Below are positions 11,880-25,790 of a stretch of DNA of 64,000 nucleotides, one piece after another. The translations under genes and the position numbers were made by a program. The stretch's first letter is position 1. Each line of letters opens with the position of its first letter. The DNA comes from Octopus vulgaris (lineage: Eukaryota): positions 106,454,001 to 106,518,000 of the forward strand of contig OX597821.1 of NCBI GenBank assembly GCA_951406725.2. Reading direction: 5' to 3'. The notes beneath the pieces are model-generated. The model saw nothing but the letters and a program-made list of their open reading frames with translations, did no database searches and was not told where the DNA came from.

Positions 11880-14800
11880 ATGTCAAGTATGCTTAAATTA
11901 GGTTGTGTGAATGTGCGTGGCTTGGCGTCGGCTTGGAAGCAAGGTTACCTTCTAAACGACATCAAGTCACTGGACGTGGATATAGTAGCTATCAGTGAAA
12001 CCAGACTCAGTAAGCCGCGGGCCCTCGAGTCCATGTTTGGCAATCAATTTGACATTTATTTTTCTCCCTGTCTGCCGAACATGGGTGGTGGAGGTACTGC
12101 GGTGCTTTTTCGAAAGAGTCTAAAGGTAAAAGTAAGAGCAATATTCCTAGACCCGGAGGGTAGGCTGGTTTTCTTGGACGTGGATTGCAGAAATGGGTGT
12201 GCATTCCGTCTGATGGCAGTTTATGCACCGTCCTTAACGGGTCGGGCGGATTTCTTCAGACGTCTAGAGGTTTCCCTGGGTACGTCTAGACCTTTACTGT
12301 TAGTAGGGGATTGGAACGCTACCTTGGACACGCATCTAGATTATGTGGGAAGGGATAGGAATAGAAGGGGGTGTAAGAGCCTCAAAGACCTGCTCAGACA
12401 TTTCCATTTGTCTGACAGGTTCCGACTCGACCATCCGAACGTTCCAACGTGGACTTGGACAAACCGCGTCGGATCGTCGAGATCTTATCTAGATAGAATT
12501 CTATGCAGGACAGCGGATAGGGATAGTGTAGGATGTCCACAATTTAAAATAGTCAGCTACACAGATCACAAATTTGTTACGTGTACGCTCGACTTAGATA
12601 AAACACATAGGCAGGGTCCCGGTTACTGGAAACTGAACACGTCGCTGTTAGCGCGACAGGTTTACAGGAACCGGATTAGCGAGTTAATTAAGAGGGCGCT
12701 GACGGGAGCGGTCGTTAACAACCGCTGGTGGTACGCCCTGAAAATGGCAATAAAATCGGAATCAATTAGGTTTAGCAAGGAATTAGCGATAGAACGAAAT
12801 AGAGTAGAGGGAGACTTAGTTAAGAAACTAGAAGAGGCTCTTACCACTGGCAGCGCAACCAACGTGCTGGCTACGAGGATGGCCCTCGACCAACACCTCA
12901 ACGCCAAGCACGAAGGTTGCGTCGTCAGAGCTAAAATGCGTACTTTAAGGAACGAAGGGATTGAAGCTGCGCGAGAGGCCCGGGTAGCGGAGGCGCAGCG
13001 TGGCAACAGATCAACCATTCGGTCTCTAATAGATCAACAGGGATGCAGTTTACTCGAACCCGAAAGGATGTGTGAGGCCTTTCAACAGCACTTTGCTCGA
13101 CTGTTTGGTGCGAGTGGTGGGTCGGAACGAGGGATGGATTTCAGTGCCTACCTGACCGACCTGCCGCGGCTCTCGGCAAGAGAAGCGGAGTGTTGTGAAA
13201 GTCCCATCACAGCCGCTGACGTGTGGGATGCGATGGCGGGCTGCGCGAGGGATAAGTCGCCTGGATTGGATGGTTTACCATACGAGCTGTATTGTCGAAT
13301 GCCAGACTTGTTTGGCGACCTCTTGGCATCAGTCTACTGCAACTGGCAACAAAACGGGAGAATCCCCGGTTTCGTGAGCCGAGGTGCAGTGACGTTGCTG
13401 AAGAAAGACTCAAACAAGGGGAATTTTATAGATAATTTCAGGCCCATCACTCTGCTCAACGCAGATTTGAAAATTTTGGCCAAAGTAATAGCCGAGAGGT
13501 TGGCGCTTGTCATTGGTAAACTGGTCGACAGGGCGCAAACATGCGCCGTGCCGGGCAGAACCATACATGACAACCTCCATCTGATGCGCTACATTGTGGA
13601 CAGGGTAGTTAAGGATCCTGGCATGGGTGGGGCGCTGATAAATTTGGATCAGTCTAAAGCCTTCGATAGGGTCGACCATCGGTACTTGGCGGCCGTCCTC
13701 GGGGCGGCTGGCTTCGGTCCCGTCTTCCGCGGTTGGATCGCTGCCTTGTATAGCGGCATCCGATCGGTGATTCGGGTGAACGGTCACCTGTCTAAACTGT
13801 TTGACATCACGCGTTCGGTCCGTCAGGGGTGTCCCCTGTCGGCGCTTCTGTATGTATTGACTCTCGAGCCGCTACTGCGGAAGCTGGCGACACTGAGGGG
13901 CATCCCACGGGAACTGGGTTGCGGGACGAGCGTGTCAGCATATGCGGACGATGTCACCGTCATAGTGTCGAGCGACAAACACATCAAGATGATAGGCGAG
14001 ACACTAAGAAAATACGAAACGGTGACGGGAGCAAAGATTAACCCGGAAAAGTCAGTGGGTTTGCTACTCGGCACCTGGAGAAGCAAGCCCATGCCGTCCG
14101 ACTGCGGCTCAGTAGTGGGACGCTGGACGGACGGACCGGTTAAATTGCTCGGGGTCTGGTTCAGTCCGGACCTCCAAATGGATAAGAACTGGAACGAGAT
14201 CACGAGTAGAGTGGTCGCTCTCAGCCAAACATGGGCCGAGAGAAATCTGTCTCTAAAAGGCCGGGCGGAGGTGGCGAACGCGTACATCGCATCCGTCATC
14301 GATTACCGCCTGACCGTCGTACCCTGTCCCGACGCCACTATCACTAAACTGGAACGCATACTCTTCCGCTTCCTGTGGAAGGGTGGCGTTCCGATGGTGA
14401 GGAAGTCCATTTGCTGTCAACATCCGTTGAATGGAGGACTGGGCATGCCGTGGTTGATGATGCGCAGGAATGCGCTGAGACTGCGACATCTCTGGAAATT
14501 CATCGACGACGGTGAACAGGTGTGGGCGCCGTTTGTGAGGCGCGACTTCCCGCAGCTCGTCTCACTGACCGAACTGCAAACGTGGATAAAAAAAGACCGA
14601 AACTGGGCGATTGGCACCGAGAGTGTCGCCAAGCTCTACAGCAGCTCTGCCGCCCGGGGTCAAACTTGTGCAACTTCCAAACGACTAAAGCGTTCTATAG
14701 AGGACTAGTGGAGGGGAGGTCCGACGACACACTCGGGGCAAACCTGGGCGTCGACGAGGAATTCCTAACCCGCCTGTTCAGAACGACGTTCGGGCCGGGG

Positions 14801-15265
14801 CCTATGGATAACTTCCAGAAATCCCTGGCTTGGCAGTGCTATCGAGACACACTACCTGTTCGAGAGAAGAGCTACAGACACGGTTCGAAAACCATCACCG
14901 GACCGACCTGCCCGAGATGCGGTCAGAGCGACGAAACCGTTCTGCACGCACTCGTGCAGTGTCCAGATATTTCAGAGCTGTGGTCCTTCGTCGAACAGCT
15001 GTTGTCACGTGTAGGTCAGGCTCGCCTATCGGCCGAGTCTATTGTGAATATTGTTCCACCACCTTCCTTTAAACGGGAAGGGAAAACGGTTTTCGTTACG
15101 CTGATGGCTATGGCGAAAGAATGTGTGTGGTGGACGCGTTTGAAAGGACTGCAAACAAACACCTTCCTCTCTGGTCAGTCTCTCGTCAACTTTTTCAAGT
15201 ACCACTTGAAAAGGAGGATGAGAATAGAGAGGAAGGCTTTGTCGAACGAATGTTTTAATAAATAG
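11880..15265 (+). pseudogene. LINE ORF2: AP endonuclease, reverse transcriptase and C-terminal CCHC finger; frameshift near 14590
   Basis: NVRG, SETR, GDWN, YLDR and TDH (APE); FRPITLLN, QGCPLS and YADD (RT); CPRC...HALVQC in the shifted frame; the shift falls in an A-run, as shown by comparison with the copy at 37317-38850. Confidence 0.9.
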
Positions 15266-15444
15266 TGGGTAAAAGTGGCAAAAATGGTCAGTATGAAAGA
15301 CGACACTATTTTAAGCATAAATCTGTAACCAAAAGAGACAACGAAAAGTAAGGCGACTTACTCATGTGTTCTTTTTCGAATTGCCTGAGGTGACCTTGGT
15401 CTTTTTTGTAGGTTTTTCTTTCCAAGGCTACACCTAAACTGTGA

Positions 15445-15479
<35 letters not shown>

Positions 15480-15647
15480 CTTTTTTATACACCACACAAC
15501 CCGCAGATCCCTATTGATCAAAAAGGTTTTTTTTTTTTGCCCCACCCATCCCACCTCGAAAAGAAAAAATTCTACATTGTATTTCGTCCATTTTTATTCT
15601 GTGTTTAGCCCTGTGTGGTTACAATAAAAAGTTATCTATCTATCTAC

Positions 15648-15685
<38 letters not shown>

Positions 15686-15890
15686 GTCTGTCTGTCTGTC
15701 TGTCTCTGGGTTTTTCTTCTCTAGCTATCACTCTATCTATCTGTTTGCCTGATTGACTTTCTGTCTGTCTATCTATATATCGATCGATCTGTCTATCTGT
15801 TTGTCTGTCTATCTATCAGTTTTTCCCTAACTATCAATCTGTCTATCTGTTAGTCTAACTTACTGTCTGTCTGTCTGTCTGTCTATCTAT

Positions 15891-15944
<54 letters not shown>

Positions 15945-16127
15945 CTCTATCTACCTATCTATATGTCTGTCTATCTGTTTTACCCTCCTTCTAACTATCA
16001 AGCTATCTGTTTCCTGCCTGTCTCTCTGTCTATCTGTCAGTCTGTGTGTTTATCTGTTTGTCTCTCACTAACTATCAATCAACCTATCTCTCTCCCCCCT
16101 CTCTCTCTCTCTATCTATCGATCTATC

Positions 16128-16195
<68 letters not shown>

Positions 16196-16975
16196 TTATC
16201 TACCGATCTCTATGCATGCATGTTTAAGAACATGTGTGTGTGAGAGACAGCATGTGTGTATGTATGTATGTATCTATGTATGTATATATAATCTAATTCA
16301 ATAGGTGTATACACACATATACGTATATACATAACACGTAAATACACACATACATATGTCTATACAAACACACAGCCACAGCTCTGCCTTTCTTTCTTTC
16401 ATGGCCGATGAACTAAATTCTCCTTCAGAACATGAATCTACGTAATAGACTAGCCCCAACCGCAAAATAGTAGAAATTGTTATGTATGTATACATGATAT
16501 GAACGTCAGCAGGTATGTATGTTTGTATGGATATATGTATGTGTGTATTTACGTGTTATAAATATACGTATATGTGTGTATGCACCTACTGGATTAGATT
16601 GTATATACATACATACACACATGATGTATCACATACATATAAATAGTAATACAAAATAGGACAAGAACGCAAAACATCCAGACAGTTAGGTGATACAAAA
16701 AAGGGACAACAAAACATCCAGATAGACGATACAAAGAAACAAGGGAGGGGGGTTCATTCGGAAATTTTTTCTTCAGTCGTGTTCCAGATTATCTTTGCAA
16801 TTTCGGCTGGTTATACTCGAGATTGCTCTAATCTGGCCAGCGCAAGGAAAAACTAATCTAAGGGCATTAAATTTCTTTGAAGAAAGCAACAAATGCATCC
16901 GAAAGCAAGTACGAAAAAGAACGGCGAACGTTACACAAATACAAATAACAGAACAGAACATACACACACACACAC

Positions 16976-17042
<67 letters not shown>

Positions 17043-17044
17043 CT

Positions 17045-17420
17045 CGCTTTTTCTTTTTTCTATCTTTTATGTGTTTCAATCATTTGACTGCGGCCATGCT
17101 GAAGTACCACCTTTATTCGAACAAATCGACCCCAGGACTTATTCTTCGAAAGCCTAGTACTTATTCCATCGTTCTCTTTTGTCGAACCGTTAAGTCACGT
17201 GACGTAAACACACCTGCATCGGTTGTCAAGCGATGGCGGGAAACAAACGCAGACATACACACAAATACATATCTATACACGACAGGCTTCTTTCAGTTTC
17301 CGTCTACCAAATCCACTCACAATGCTTTGGTCGAGCCGAGGCTATAGTAGACGACACTTGCCCAACGTGCCACACAGGACTGACCCATGTGGTTGGTAAG
17401 CAAGCTACCTACCACATAGT
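17045..17420 (-). mobile_element. tRNA-derived SINE
   Basis: Shares gactgcggccatgctg...ttcagtttccgtctaccaaatccactcac...taccacac with 45360-45740, and in reverse with 25525-25790. Confidence 0.75.
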
Positions 17421-17976
17421 CATGTATATATGTATGTTTGTATGTATATATGTACGTATGTGTATAGTTTGTGGCTCCACTAGGTTACGATCAACAAAAA
17501 CAGTATCCTATGCTGTGTGTGATAAGTTTCGTTACATCTAACACGTCCTTGCGTTGTTGATTTTTCTTTTGGATTTCCTCTCTATATAAATATATATGTG
17601 TGTATGTGTGTGTCAGTATTTGTGTGTGTTTCTGTGTATATGTGAGTGTGTGCGTAAATGCCTGCGTGTATACATACATATATATATAAAGTTGATCCAA
17701 ACAAGAAAACACAAAAAACACAACAACGCGAGGACGTGGAACAAATATAGTATTTTTGGACGCTCAGGAAAGAACATATGTATATACTGATATACAATTA
17801 TATGCCCAAAAATGGAAATTTCACCTCGATAATTATATAGATAGGATTACCTAATCCAGACATACAGATGTCGGATAATTAACAAAAATGATAAATATTG
17901 ATTGGTGTTTATGTATTCCTGGTATTGTGTATGAAAAACTTGATTAGACATGATTGATACCTAGGGGAATCTAATC

Positions 17977-18013
<37 letters not shown>

Positions 18014-18021
18014 TATATTTA

Positions 18022-19304
18022 CAGGGTGGGGAAGCAAAATTTACAATATTTTGAGGCAGGGATTGAAAGACAGTGTATGACCAATTTGTTTATTGAAAGT
18101 CATAAGAATTTATTTGCTACAAGACAATTTACAAAATAGAAAATAGTTTTATTCTATGTGTCCCTCCTTCTTTCCCAATAACTGCCTTCACACGCTTCCT
18201 GAAACTTGCACAAACGTTCCTCAAATATTCGGGAGACGACTTTTCCCATTCTTCTTTAATAGTATCTTTAAGTCGACATTGCTTTGTGATGTTCTATTGG
18301 TAGCATGTTCTAAAACACCACAAATAGCATAATCCAGAGAGTTTATATCTGGGCTAGAAGGTGGCCAGAAAAACGATTCCAAAAAATTGCTAAAGTTGGA
18401 TTTGCAGAAATCTTGTATTTTTCTAGCTGTGTGGGCTGGAGCACCATCCTGTGTCCATACATAATTACCATCTGGGTAGTTTGCTTGAAGCCATGGCAAT
18501 GCCTGGTATCTCAAAGTCTTGTAGTAAGTATTAACATTGATCTTTTCATCAGCTTTGTAGAATATTATAGGCATTTTCTTTCCATCGGAAGCCACAATAC
18601 CAAAAGCAATAACTTGAGCAGGATATTTTGTTTTGAATGTCACCTTAACCTCAGCTGTTGATTTTGCGATAAATCTGTCATTTCTGCTGTTCAGAACACC
18701 ATCAACACTGAAGATCTTTTCATTTGAAAAGATCGTTATAATGGAGGACATTTTCTTGAACCATGTAATAATTTTCTTGCACCTCTCCAATCTCTTTTCC
18801 TTCAGAGCTGTTGTCAACAAGTGTTTTGGTGTTCTTGTTAAGATTTTAACATCAAATCATATTTTACAGCATTTCTAATGGTCTTGTTGTCTACCTCAAG
18901 TTCAATTGCCATTTTTATCATGGATTTGGTTGGATCCTTTAGGATTTTGGATTTCAGAGCTTTAATAAAAGTTTTGTTACGTTTTTTGTTGATTCCTCAA
19001 CTTCCAGACTTCCTCGTAATAGTTTTGCCCATAGTCATTCTATTCTTTACATTATAAATAGTTTTTATGGACACTCCAACTATTTTTGAAATCTCCTATG
19101 GTGGGACGAGTGCATTCAGAAAGTCACACACTTTTTGACTTTTGCTTTCCTGATTACTCATATGGACAAAAGTTTCTGAAAAAGTAAGGATAATAGTGTT
19201 AGGTATGAGTATGACATCAATATATGCTAGGTTTCATAACAATTGACTTAGTGTCTCCTGAGAAAAAACAACTTAACCTTCATTGTAAATTTTGCTTCCC
19301 CACC

Positions 19305-19307
<3 letters not shown>
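18022..19307 (-). mobile_element. Full-length but decayed DD37D (maT-type) transposon
   Basis: 26-bp TIR cagggtggggaagcaaaatttacaat at both ends with TA flanks; QDGAPAH...WPPSSPDINSLDY has 37 residues between the last two Asp; stops and frameshifts present. Confidence 0.9.
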
Positions 19308-19368
<61 letters not shown>

Positions 19369-19398
19369 GTATATATAGATATACAGATAGATATAGAT

Positions 19399-19486
<88 letters not shown>

Positions 19487-19514
19487 AATATATAAATAGA
19501 TAGATATACATACA

Positions 19515-19560
<46 letters not shown>

Positions 19561-19972
19561 TTGGTTGGCATTCTTTTTTGTCTCGGGAGACAATGGAGTT
19601 GCGCATAAAGTAGTCTAGTCCGGCTTTTACATTTCATGTCCTGATACATTTCCTGCTGTGGCTGTGTAGTCCTATCCTGGACAAACATATATACACACAC
19701 ATATATATATACACATACCCACACACACGCACACACACACAATCATATATATCTATTTATCTCTATATATATATGTATATATATACATATTCTTTCATGC
19801 ACTCATTTCACATCTGTATTATGAAGAAAAATCATTTCCCGTGTTTTGTATAAGCTGCTATTTGTCAATATTAATGTCATATTGAATTATTTGTTTATAT
19901 TTTCTGAGATATTTTCCAAGTGTCCCTTAAGACAAATAATGTTTTACGACAAGCATTTACGCATCACACAAG

Positions 19973-19980
19973 TATAAATA
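19973..19980 (+). promoter_or_regulatory. Possible TATA box of GRL exon V1
   Basis: TATAAATA about 115 bp upstream of ATG 20090; weak evidence in AT-rich DNA. Confidence 0.3.
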
Positions 19981-20089
19981 GCCAGAGAGATGTACTTGGG
20001 CTCACTCTGAAAGTGAGAGAAATCTCGTATGACCTGAGTATATGTTAAGAGCGAGTTGGTCAGTCAACACGTCGTGAAAAGGAGTAAAT

Positions 20090-21046
20090 ATGGAGACTGT
20101 GAACACAAATGAAACACCTTTCTTGAAAACTCTCGAATTTTATGCAAATATTAATAGTTTTCTCAAATCAATAACCGACATATCATTGCTGAAATCAAAC
20201 AAAGTTAAAGGTTTTTCTTTTCAAGTTCTCTCATTACTGCTCTATATGTATTTATTTCTAAATCCTATACGGCACATAGTTTCCTTAGTACAAATTGGAA
20301 CTATAGAAAGCCATCAAATGTTTCTATGTATTTACATAATAATTTTCCGCATATTTCAATCTTTATCTGTATTGATAAAACTGTTCAGAAACTCTAGACA
20401 CAAGGAACTAATTGAAAAGTTTGCCGAACTTAAAACTGAACATGAAGAAAACATCTGGTATAACAGACCTATAGTATATAAGTCAGTGTATATATTAATA
20501 TGTCCGGTTATTATTGGGAGCATAACTATAGATCTTATAATACCGCTGTTCAGTAATGATTTGTTCACGTATTTGACATACCCTGTACCAGCTGATTATA
20601 AATATATCATCCCATTTTTAGCAATGCATGTTGTATTTAATTCAATGGCAACGGTATCCATATTTGCTGATGTGTACATAAATCTTCTAATCGCAGTTTC
20701 TCTTATGCATCACTTTAACAAAGTGGCGAATGAAGCACAGATTTATGTAACTGAAAAGCAATCAGCGAAGTCCGATATTATTAAAAATCATAGAGATATT
20801 ACAGACATATGTAACACTCATGATACTCTTAGTTCAATACTGAGTTTAGTAAATGATTCCTTGCAGTTTATTTCAGGGTGTACCGTGTTCAGTAGTATTA
20901 TCAGCTGCTGTATTGCTACTTACGGAATAATAAACGATGCTCTCAAAGGTAACATGTATACAAACATTTATGCCATTGTGGTAGTTTTGGTTTCTGTGAT
21001 TCCTTGGATTGTAATATTTTGGTGCGGAATTCATTTAAACAAATCG
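20090..21046 (+). CDS. Gustatory-receptor-like large first exon V1 (319 codons, ~6 TM segments)
   Basis: Intact hydrophobic ORF paralogous to V2, V3 and V5 (NPIRHIV, LTYPVP, FNK.A.EA, DITDICNTHDTLSSIL.LVNDSL); similarity ends at GIHLNKS|GTAAGT (21047). Confidence 0.8.
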
Positions 21047-21549
21047 GTAAGTTGTACAAATTTTATTAACTCTAAGTTTTCTTATCTACATCACATCCGT
21101 ATTGCTATAATAGTTATAACATATAAGTGTATAGATGAAGTAAAGCGACCTTTTGTCGTGTATTTCGTTTCTTTACTCTCTGTCTTCATATTATGAAGAG
21201 GTTAAGTTTGTCTCTCATCCAAAGAGATTGAATAAATTACCATCTCTCGCTTTCTTTCTGCCTCTTTCTCTCTGACTCTGTTTCTTTGTCTCTCTGTCTT
21301 TCTCTGTATCTGTCTCTGTCCGTCTGTCTCTCTATATCTCTCCCTGAATTGGCCACATTTGCTGGTCATATGTCTGGTGGGGAGAAATCAATGCGCACGG
21401 AAATGGAGGCAGCGAGAACGATTTGATGTTAAATTCTCTTAGCAAATCCGGTCTATTAATTGTAGCGCGTATGACAGATGAAATAGAACAAAATTATAAG
21501 AAATAATATATACTGCTGTCGGTACCGTCTAAAATTTAGATTTGTGTCA

Positions 21550-22750
21550 TACAAGCGGCAGTCAAAAGTTATACACACTTTCGCTAAAATTGGTTTTCAT
21601 TGGCTGAACTACATTCAGCGCTCTCGTGTCACGTTTTTGGTAACGTAATCGTGATTTGACCCTGTTCCCTCTAGTTTTCATCCTCTACTGGAAAGTGCGC
21701 ACCAAGGAAGTGTAGTGATCAGAGAACTGGGTTTTCCGGTCTACAGGGGTGTCAGAGGTTAAAACTTATTATAGGTTTTCAGTAGAAGTGTGTGGGTGGA
21801 TCGAGAAGTCTCAAATTGGCCGGAAAGCCCGAAGCACCAAGAGGGAGAGGACAGCCACATCCTCTGCTACTGATGAGAAAACTCAACAAGCTCGAAAGAT
21901 GGTTCAAGTGAACCGTCGAGTGACCATCCCTGAGGGGCATTTTCTCTGCAAATTAATTATGCTTCTGCTTCCAAAATCTTCCACAATAGGCTTCGCTTCG
22001 TAAAATCTATGGATGTCAAAAGAGCTTACTGAAGCGTATATGTACAATCGGGCGGCGGTGTGACGTTGTTTACTCGACCGCTACAGCGATGAAGGCGAAG
22101 CATTTTTGGAGACAATAGTTAAAGGTGTTGAGACATGAGTCCATCACTTTAAACCAGAATGCAAAAGGCAGAGTATGGAATAGAAATACCTGGAACCTCC
22201 GAGCAAGAAGAAATTCAAGCCTCAACCCTCCGCAAAAACGTGACACTAACTGTTTTTCGAAATATAGAAAGGCTTATTACTGCAATATAACCTGGAAAAG
22301 GGGTCTATAGTCCCCAGTGTAAGCTACAGTAAAATGCTGACCAACAAACTAAAACCAACTATTCGTACGAAACACCAAGTTTTACTGTCAAATCAAGTGC
22401 TATTGTTGTACAACAATATACGCCCACATATGGCTGTCCACACCTATTTCTTTACTACCTACAAGGGGCTAAACACAGAGAGGACAAACAAGGACAGACA
22501 AATGAATTAAGTCGATTATAGCGACCCCAGTGCGTCACTGGTACTTAATTTATCGACCCCGAAAGGATGAAAGGCAAAGTCGACATCGGCGGGATTTGAA
22601 CCCAGAACGCAACAGCAGACGAAGTACAGCTACGCATTTCGCCCGGCGTGCTAACGTTTCTCCCAGTTCGCCGCTTTATGGCTGTCCATACCATAGAAAA
22701 CTGGAGCTTTGAGTTACCAGAACAACCTGAACCCAGAAACACTGGACTGA
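21550..22750 (+). mobile_element. Degenerate mariner interrupted by a SINE
   Basis: Remnant motifs NRRVTI, ET*VHHFKPE.K.QSME* and LL.NN.RPH. Confidence 0.7.
22445..22677 (-). mobile_element. SINE with target-site duplication
   Basis: Flanked by atggctgtcca(c/t)acc at 22430 and 22678; near-identical to 42455-42686. Confidence 0.85.
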
Positions 22751-23090
22751 CGCCCGAGATTTTTTCAACACAACAACGCATGATAAAAAATAATAAACCT
22801 ATCTCTTACGTAACTGAATCAATTCTGATTAAGCAAATTATACGACTAGATAAATATGGAGTCATTGTTAGCGTTATGGTAAACTAATTGACGTCTCAGC
22901 ATCAGTGATATTTTTATTGTTGACGACGTCGAAAAAAGTGATGGGTTTTAATGTAAGAGAAAGCATTAGCAACCATCCAAACATGCAAACATGTAAGCAT
23001 AATATTTATTATGTTTACATGTGTGTATATGAGTGTGTACGTGTGTGTATGTGTGTATGTATATATAAATATATATTTAACTACATATAT

Positions 23091-23135
<45 letters not shown>

Positions 23136-23211
23136 TGAGAAATATTTAACTACATATGTATATATACATATATATTCAACTACGCTATAATCGACTTAAT
23201 AATACACACAG

Positions 23212-23276
<65 letters not shown>

Positions 23277-23905
23277 TACGCAAATATTTAACTACATATG
23301 TATATATACATATATCTTTAACTACATATGTGTGTATACCTATATGTATTCGTGCACATGTATTTAACTAGATATGCATATATGTGTGTGTGTGTGTGTT
23401 GAGGAATACATACATGCGCATGTATATATCGCTAAATTATGTAAAGGCTTTTAGCGAAACGTGTTTCGCAATATCTTTTATTGTTGCTGCATAGAAACTG
23501 ACAATTAGTCTCACATAAAAAACGAGTGAATAACCAGTGTTAACGCATCTAATAATTTGTAATAATACAATGTCTGTAAGAAAGCCATTACACGAAATTA
23601 ATTGTTAAACATTTAGTTTAAAAGTTTTAACGGCTTCACAACTTTATAATATTGCAACTCTCTGAGCATATCATTGCTGCTTATTCTATATTAGTAATAC
23701 GTTTGTTTCCTGAAATAGCATATTATTTTGATAAAATAAAATCTAAAATCATACCAATCGTTCTCTAATATTGAGCATCTCCTCTATCTTATGGTCTAGC
23801 TTTCCTTCGACATAAAGACAAATAGAACTTTAACCGAAAGTCGAATAGTAAATTCATTAAAAAGTAAAACTTGACTCTTTCTTGTCTCTGATTCCATTTC
23901 CCGAT

Positions 23906-24898
23906 ATGGAAACTCATTCTGAAGATATCGCTCATATAGAAAATATGAAACGGAAGCGAACACAGTTCCTCAAAATTTTTGAATCATACAGAAAATTTAA
24001 TATCATTAGGAAATCAGTTACGGATATTTCATCGCTAAAATCTCTTCAGCTTGGAAGGATATTTTTCCACACTTTATATATACTGTATTATCTATGTGTG
24101 ATTACAAACCCCATTCGTTGCATTGCACATTTTATACTATTGAAAAATTATAAAACTGATGAAATGTCTGTGTATATTCTTATCATATATTACCGAATTA
24201 ACCTTGCTCTTTTATGTCTGCTACAATTATTTTGGGATTCTAAAAAGAAACAGCTAATTGAAACACTTGCTCAACGTGAAATCGAAGAAGAAGATAGAAA
24301 ATTCTATAATTCCAACGTAAGCTTCTCATACATATCTCTCTCTATAAGTATACTGGTACCGCTAACTATTTACATATTTATAGAGCAAGTTTTGCCGCTT
24401 TTTAGCCCTGCTATACTGGCTTTCTTAACATATCCTGTACCAATCAACAATACTTTAAACATTCCATTTTTAACAATACAAGTTGTAATTAATGGTATGT
24501 CACTGACGTCTGGTTTATTTGATGTGTATATACATTTCATGACTGGACTTATTCTTAAATATGAATTTAACAAGCTGGCGGGTCAGGCTCAACGTTACCT
24601 AAAGGAACAGCAACCATACATTTCAATTTTGGCGAAAAAACCTAGAGAGATTACAGATTTGTGCAATGCACACGATAATCTGAGTACAATACTGGGATTA
24701 GTAAATGAATCATTACAGTTTCCTACAGCAGTTATCGTACTTGGTAGCATCATTAATTGCTGTATTGCAACGTACGCAACTATAAATGTCCCATATAAAA
24801 ACGACTTGCCTTTGTACATTTATATAATAATCGTTACATTCAAAAGTCTGATGTTTTGGATCATAACACTTTGGCATGGTGTTCGTTTACATGCTGCG
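23906..24898 (+). CDS. Gustatory-receptor-like large first exon V2 (alternative start at ATG 23945)
   Basis: Intact paralogous ORF ending GVRLHAA|GTAAGT (24899), same codon and phase as V1. Confidence 0.8.
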
Positions 24899-25524
24899 GT
24901 AAGTTATAAAAAAAACTACTTACATAATACTATGTCAGTGTAATATCCTTATTTTCGATACGAACCAAAAATGGCATTGCAGTTAAAAGCAAGTGACTAC
25001 GAATGGTGGAATACGCTATGCATTCGACAACTAATCTCGATCTTTAAGTTTTGCAGGCATCCAGAACAATTGTTTCAGCTCTCGGCTCCATGACTTACTG
25101 CAATTCTTGAACGTTTCGCTTAATGGAATCAAGAGCTGCTCGGCATATCAAATGCTATCCACATCTGCCCTCATATCCATAAATCGAACAACGACCTTAT
25201 GGCCTTGTACCAAGTATCGTAACCCCCAGACCATATATTTCATATATCGTACTTTGACTTTATTATACTAAAATGTATTATATAACATGACGCTTTCTAA
25301 TACATCAGATTCTTGGATGAGAAGTTATATACCTTTAAATGGTGGGAGTAACAGACATATCACATTTTTTGCAGATCTCAGTACTTAGATATTGCTTTTG
25401 ATAATTATCAAATTATGGTGTAGAATCTCCTTTCGCTTTCTCTCAATATCTCTCTGTCTCTTCCCCTCGGAAGTGGTTACGCTGTTTAATGAAATCTTTC
25501 GTGAGAGGACTTCTTAAAATGTAA

Positions 25525-25684
25525 GAGTGGCTGTGTGGTAAGTAGCTTGCTTACCAACCACATGGTTCCGGATGCAGTCCCACTGCGTGGCAGCTTGGGC
25601 AAGTGTCTTCTACTATAGCCTCGGGCTGACGAAAGCCTTGTGAGTGGACTTGGTAGACGGAAACTGAAGGAAGCCCGTTGTATG

Positions 25685-25737
<53 letters not shown>

Positions 25738-25790
25738 GTGTGTGTTTGGGTGTCTGTGTTTCTCCCCCAACATCGCTTGACAACCGAGGC
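25525..25790 (+). mobile_element. tRNA-derived SINE
   Basis: gtggctgtgtggtaagtagcttgcttaccaaccacatggttccg head; related copies at 41605 and 44402. Confidence 0.75.

Larger units (their letters stand above)
9730..15631 (+). mobile_element. Near full-length L1/Tx1-clade non-LTR retrotransposon
   Basis: 5'UTR, ORF1, ORF2 and 3'UTR ending AATAAAAAG; (TATC)n on both sides. Confidence 0.9.

Noticed and set aside
21047-21196. Read-through tail making V1 a single-exon 368-aa protein (and similar tails on V2, V3, V5)
   Set aside because: The tails differ in length and sequence, start exactly at a conserved GTRAGT donor and lack the TM7 motif, so they are intron sequence.
25057-25110. ttttgcAG followed by ASRTIVSALGSMTYCNS*, a possible private terminal exon for V2
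   Set aside because: It lacks the hydrophobic TYhhhhhQ pattern and the intervening exons, and has no counterpart after the other V exons. It is still worth a look in RNA-seq.
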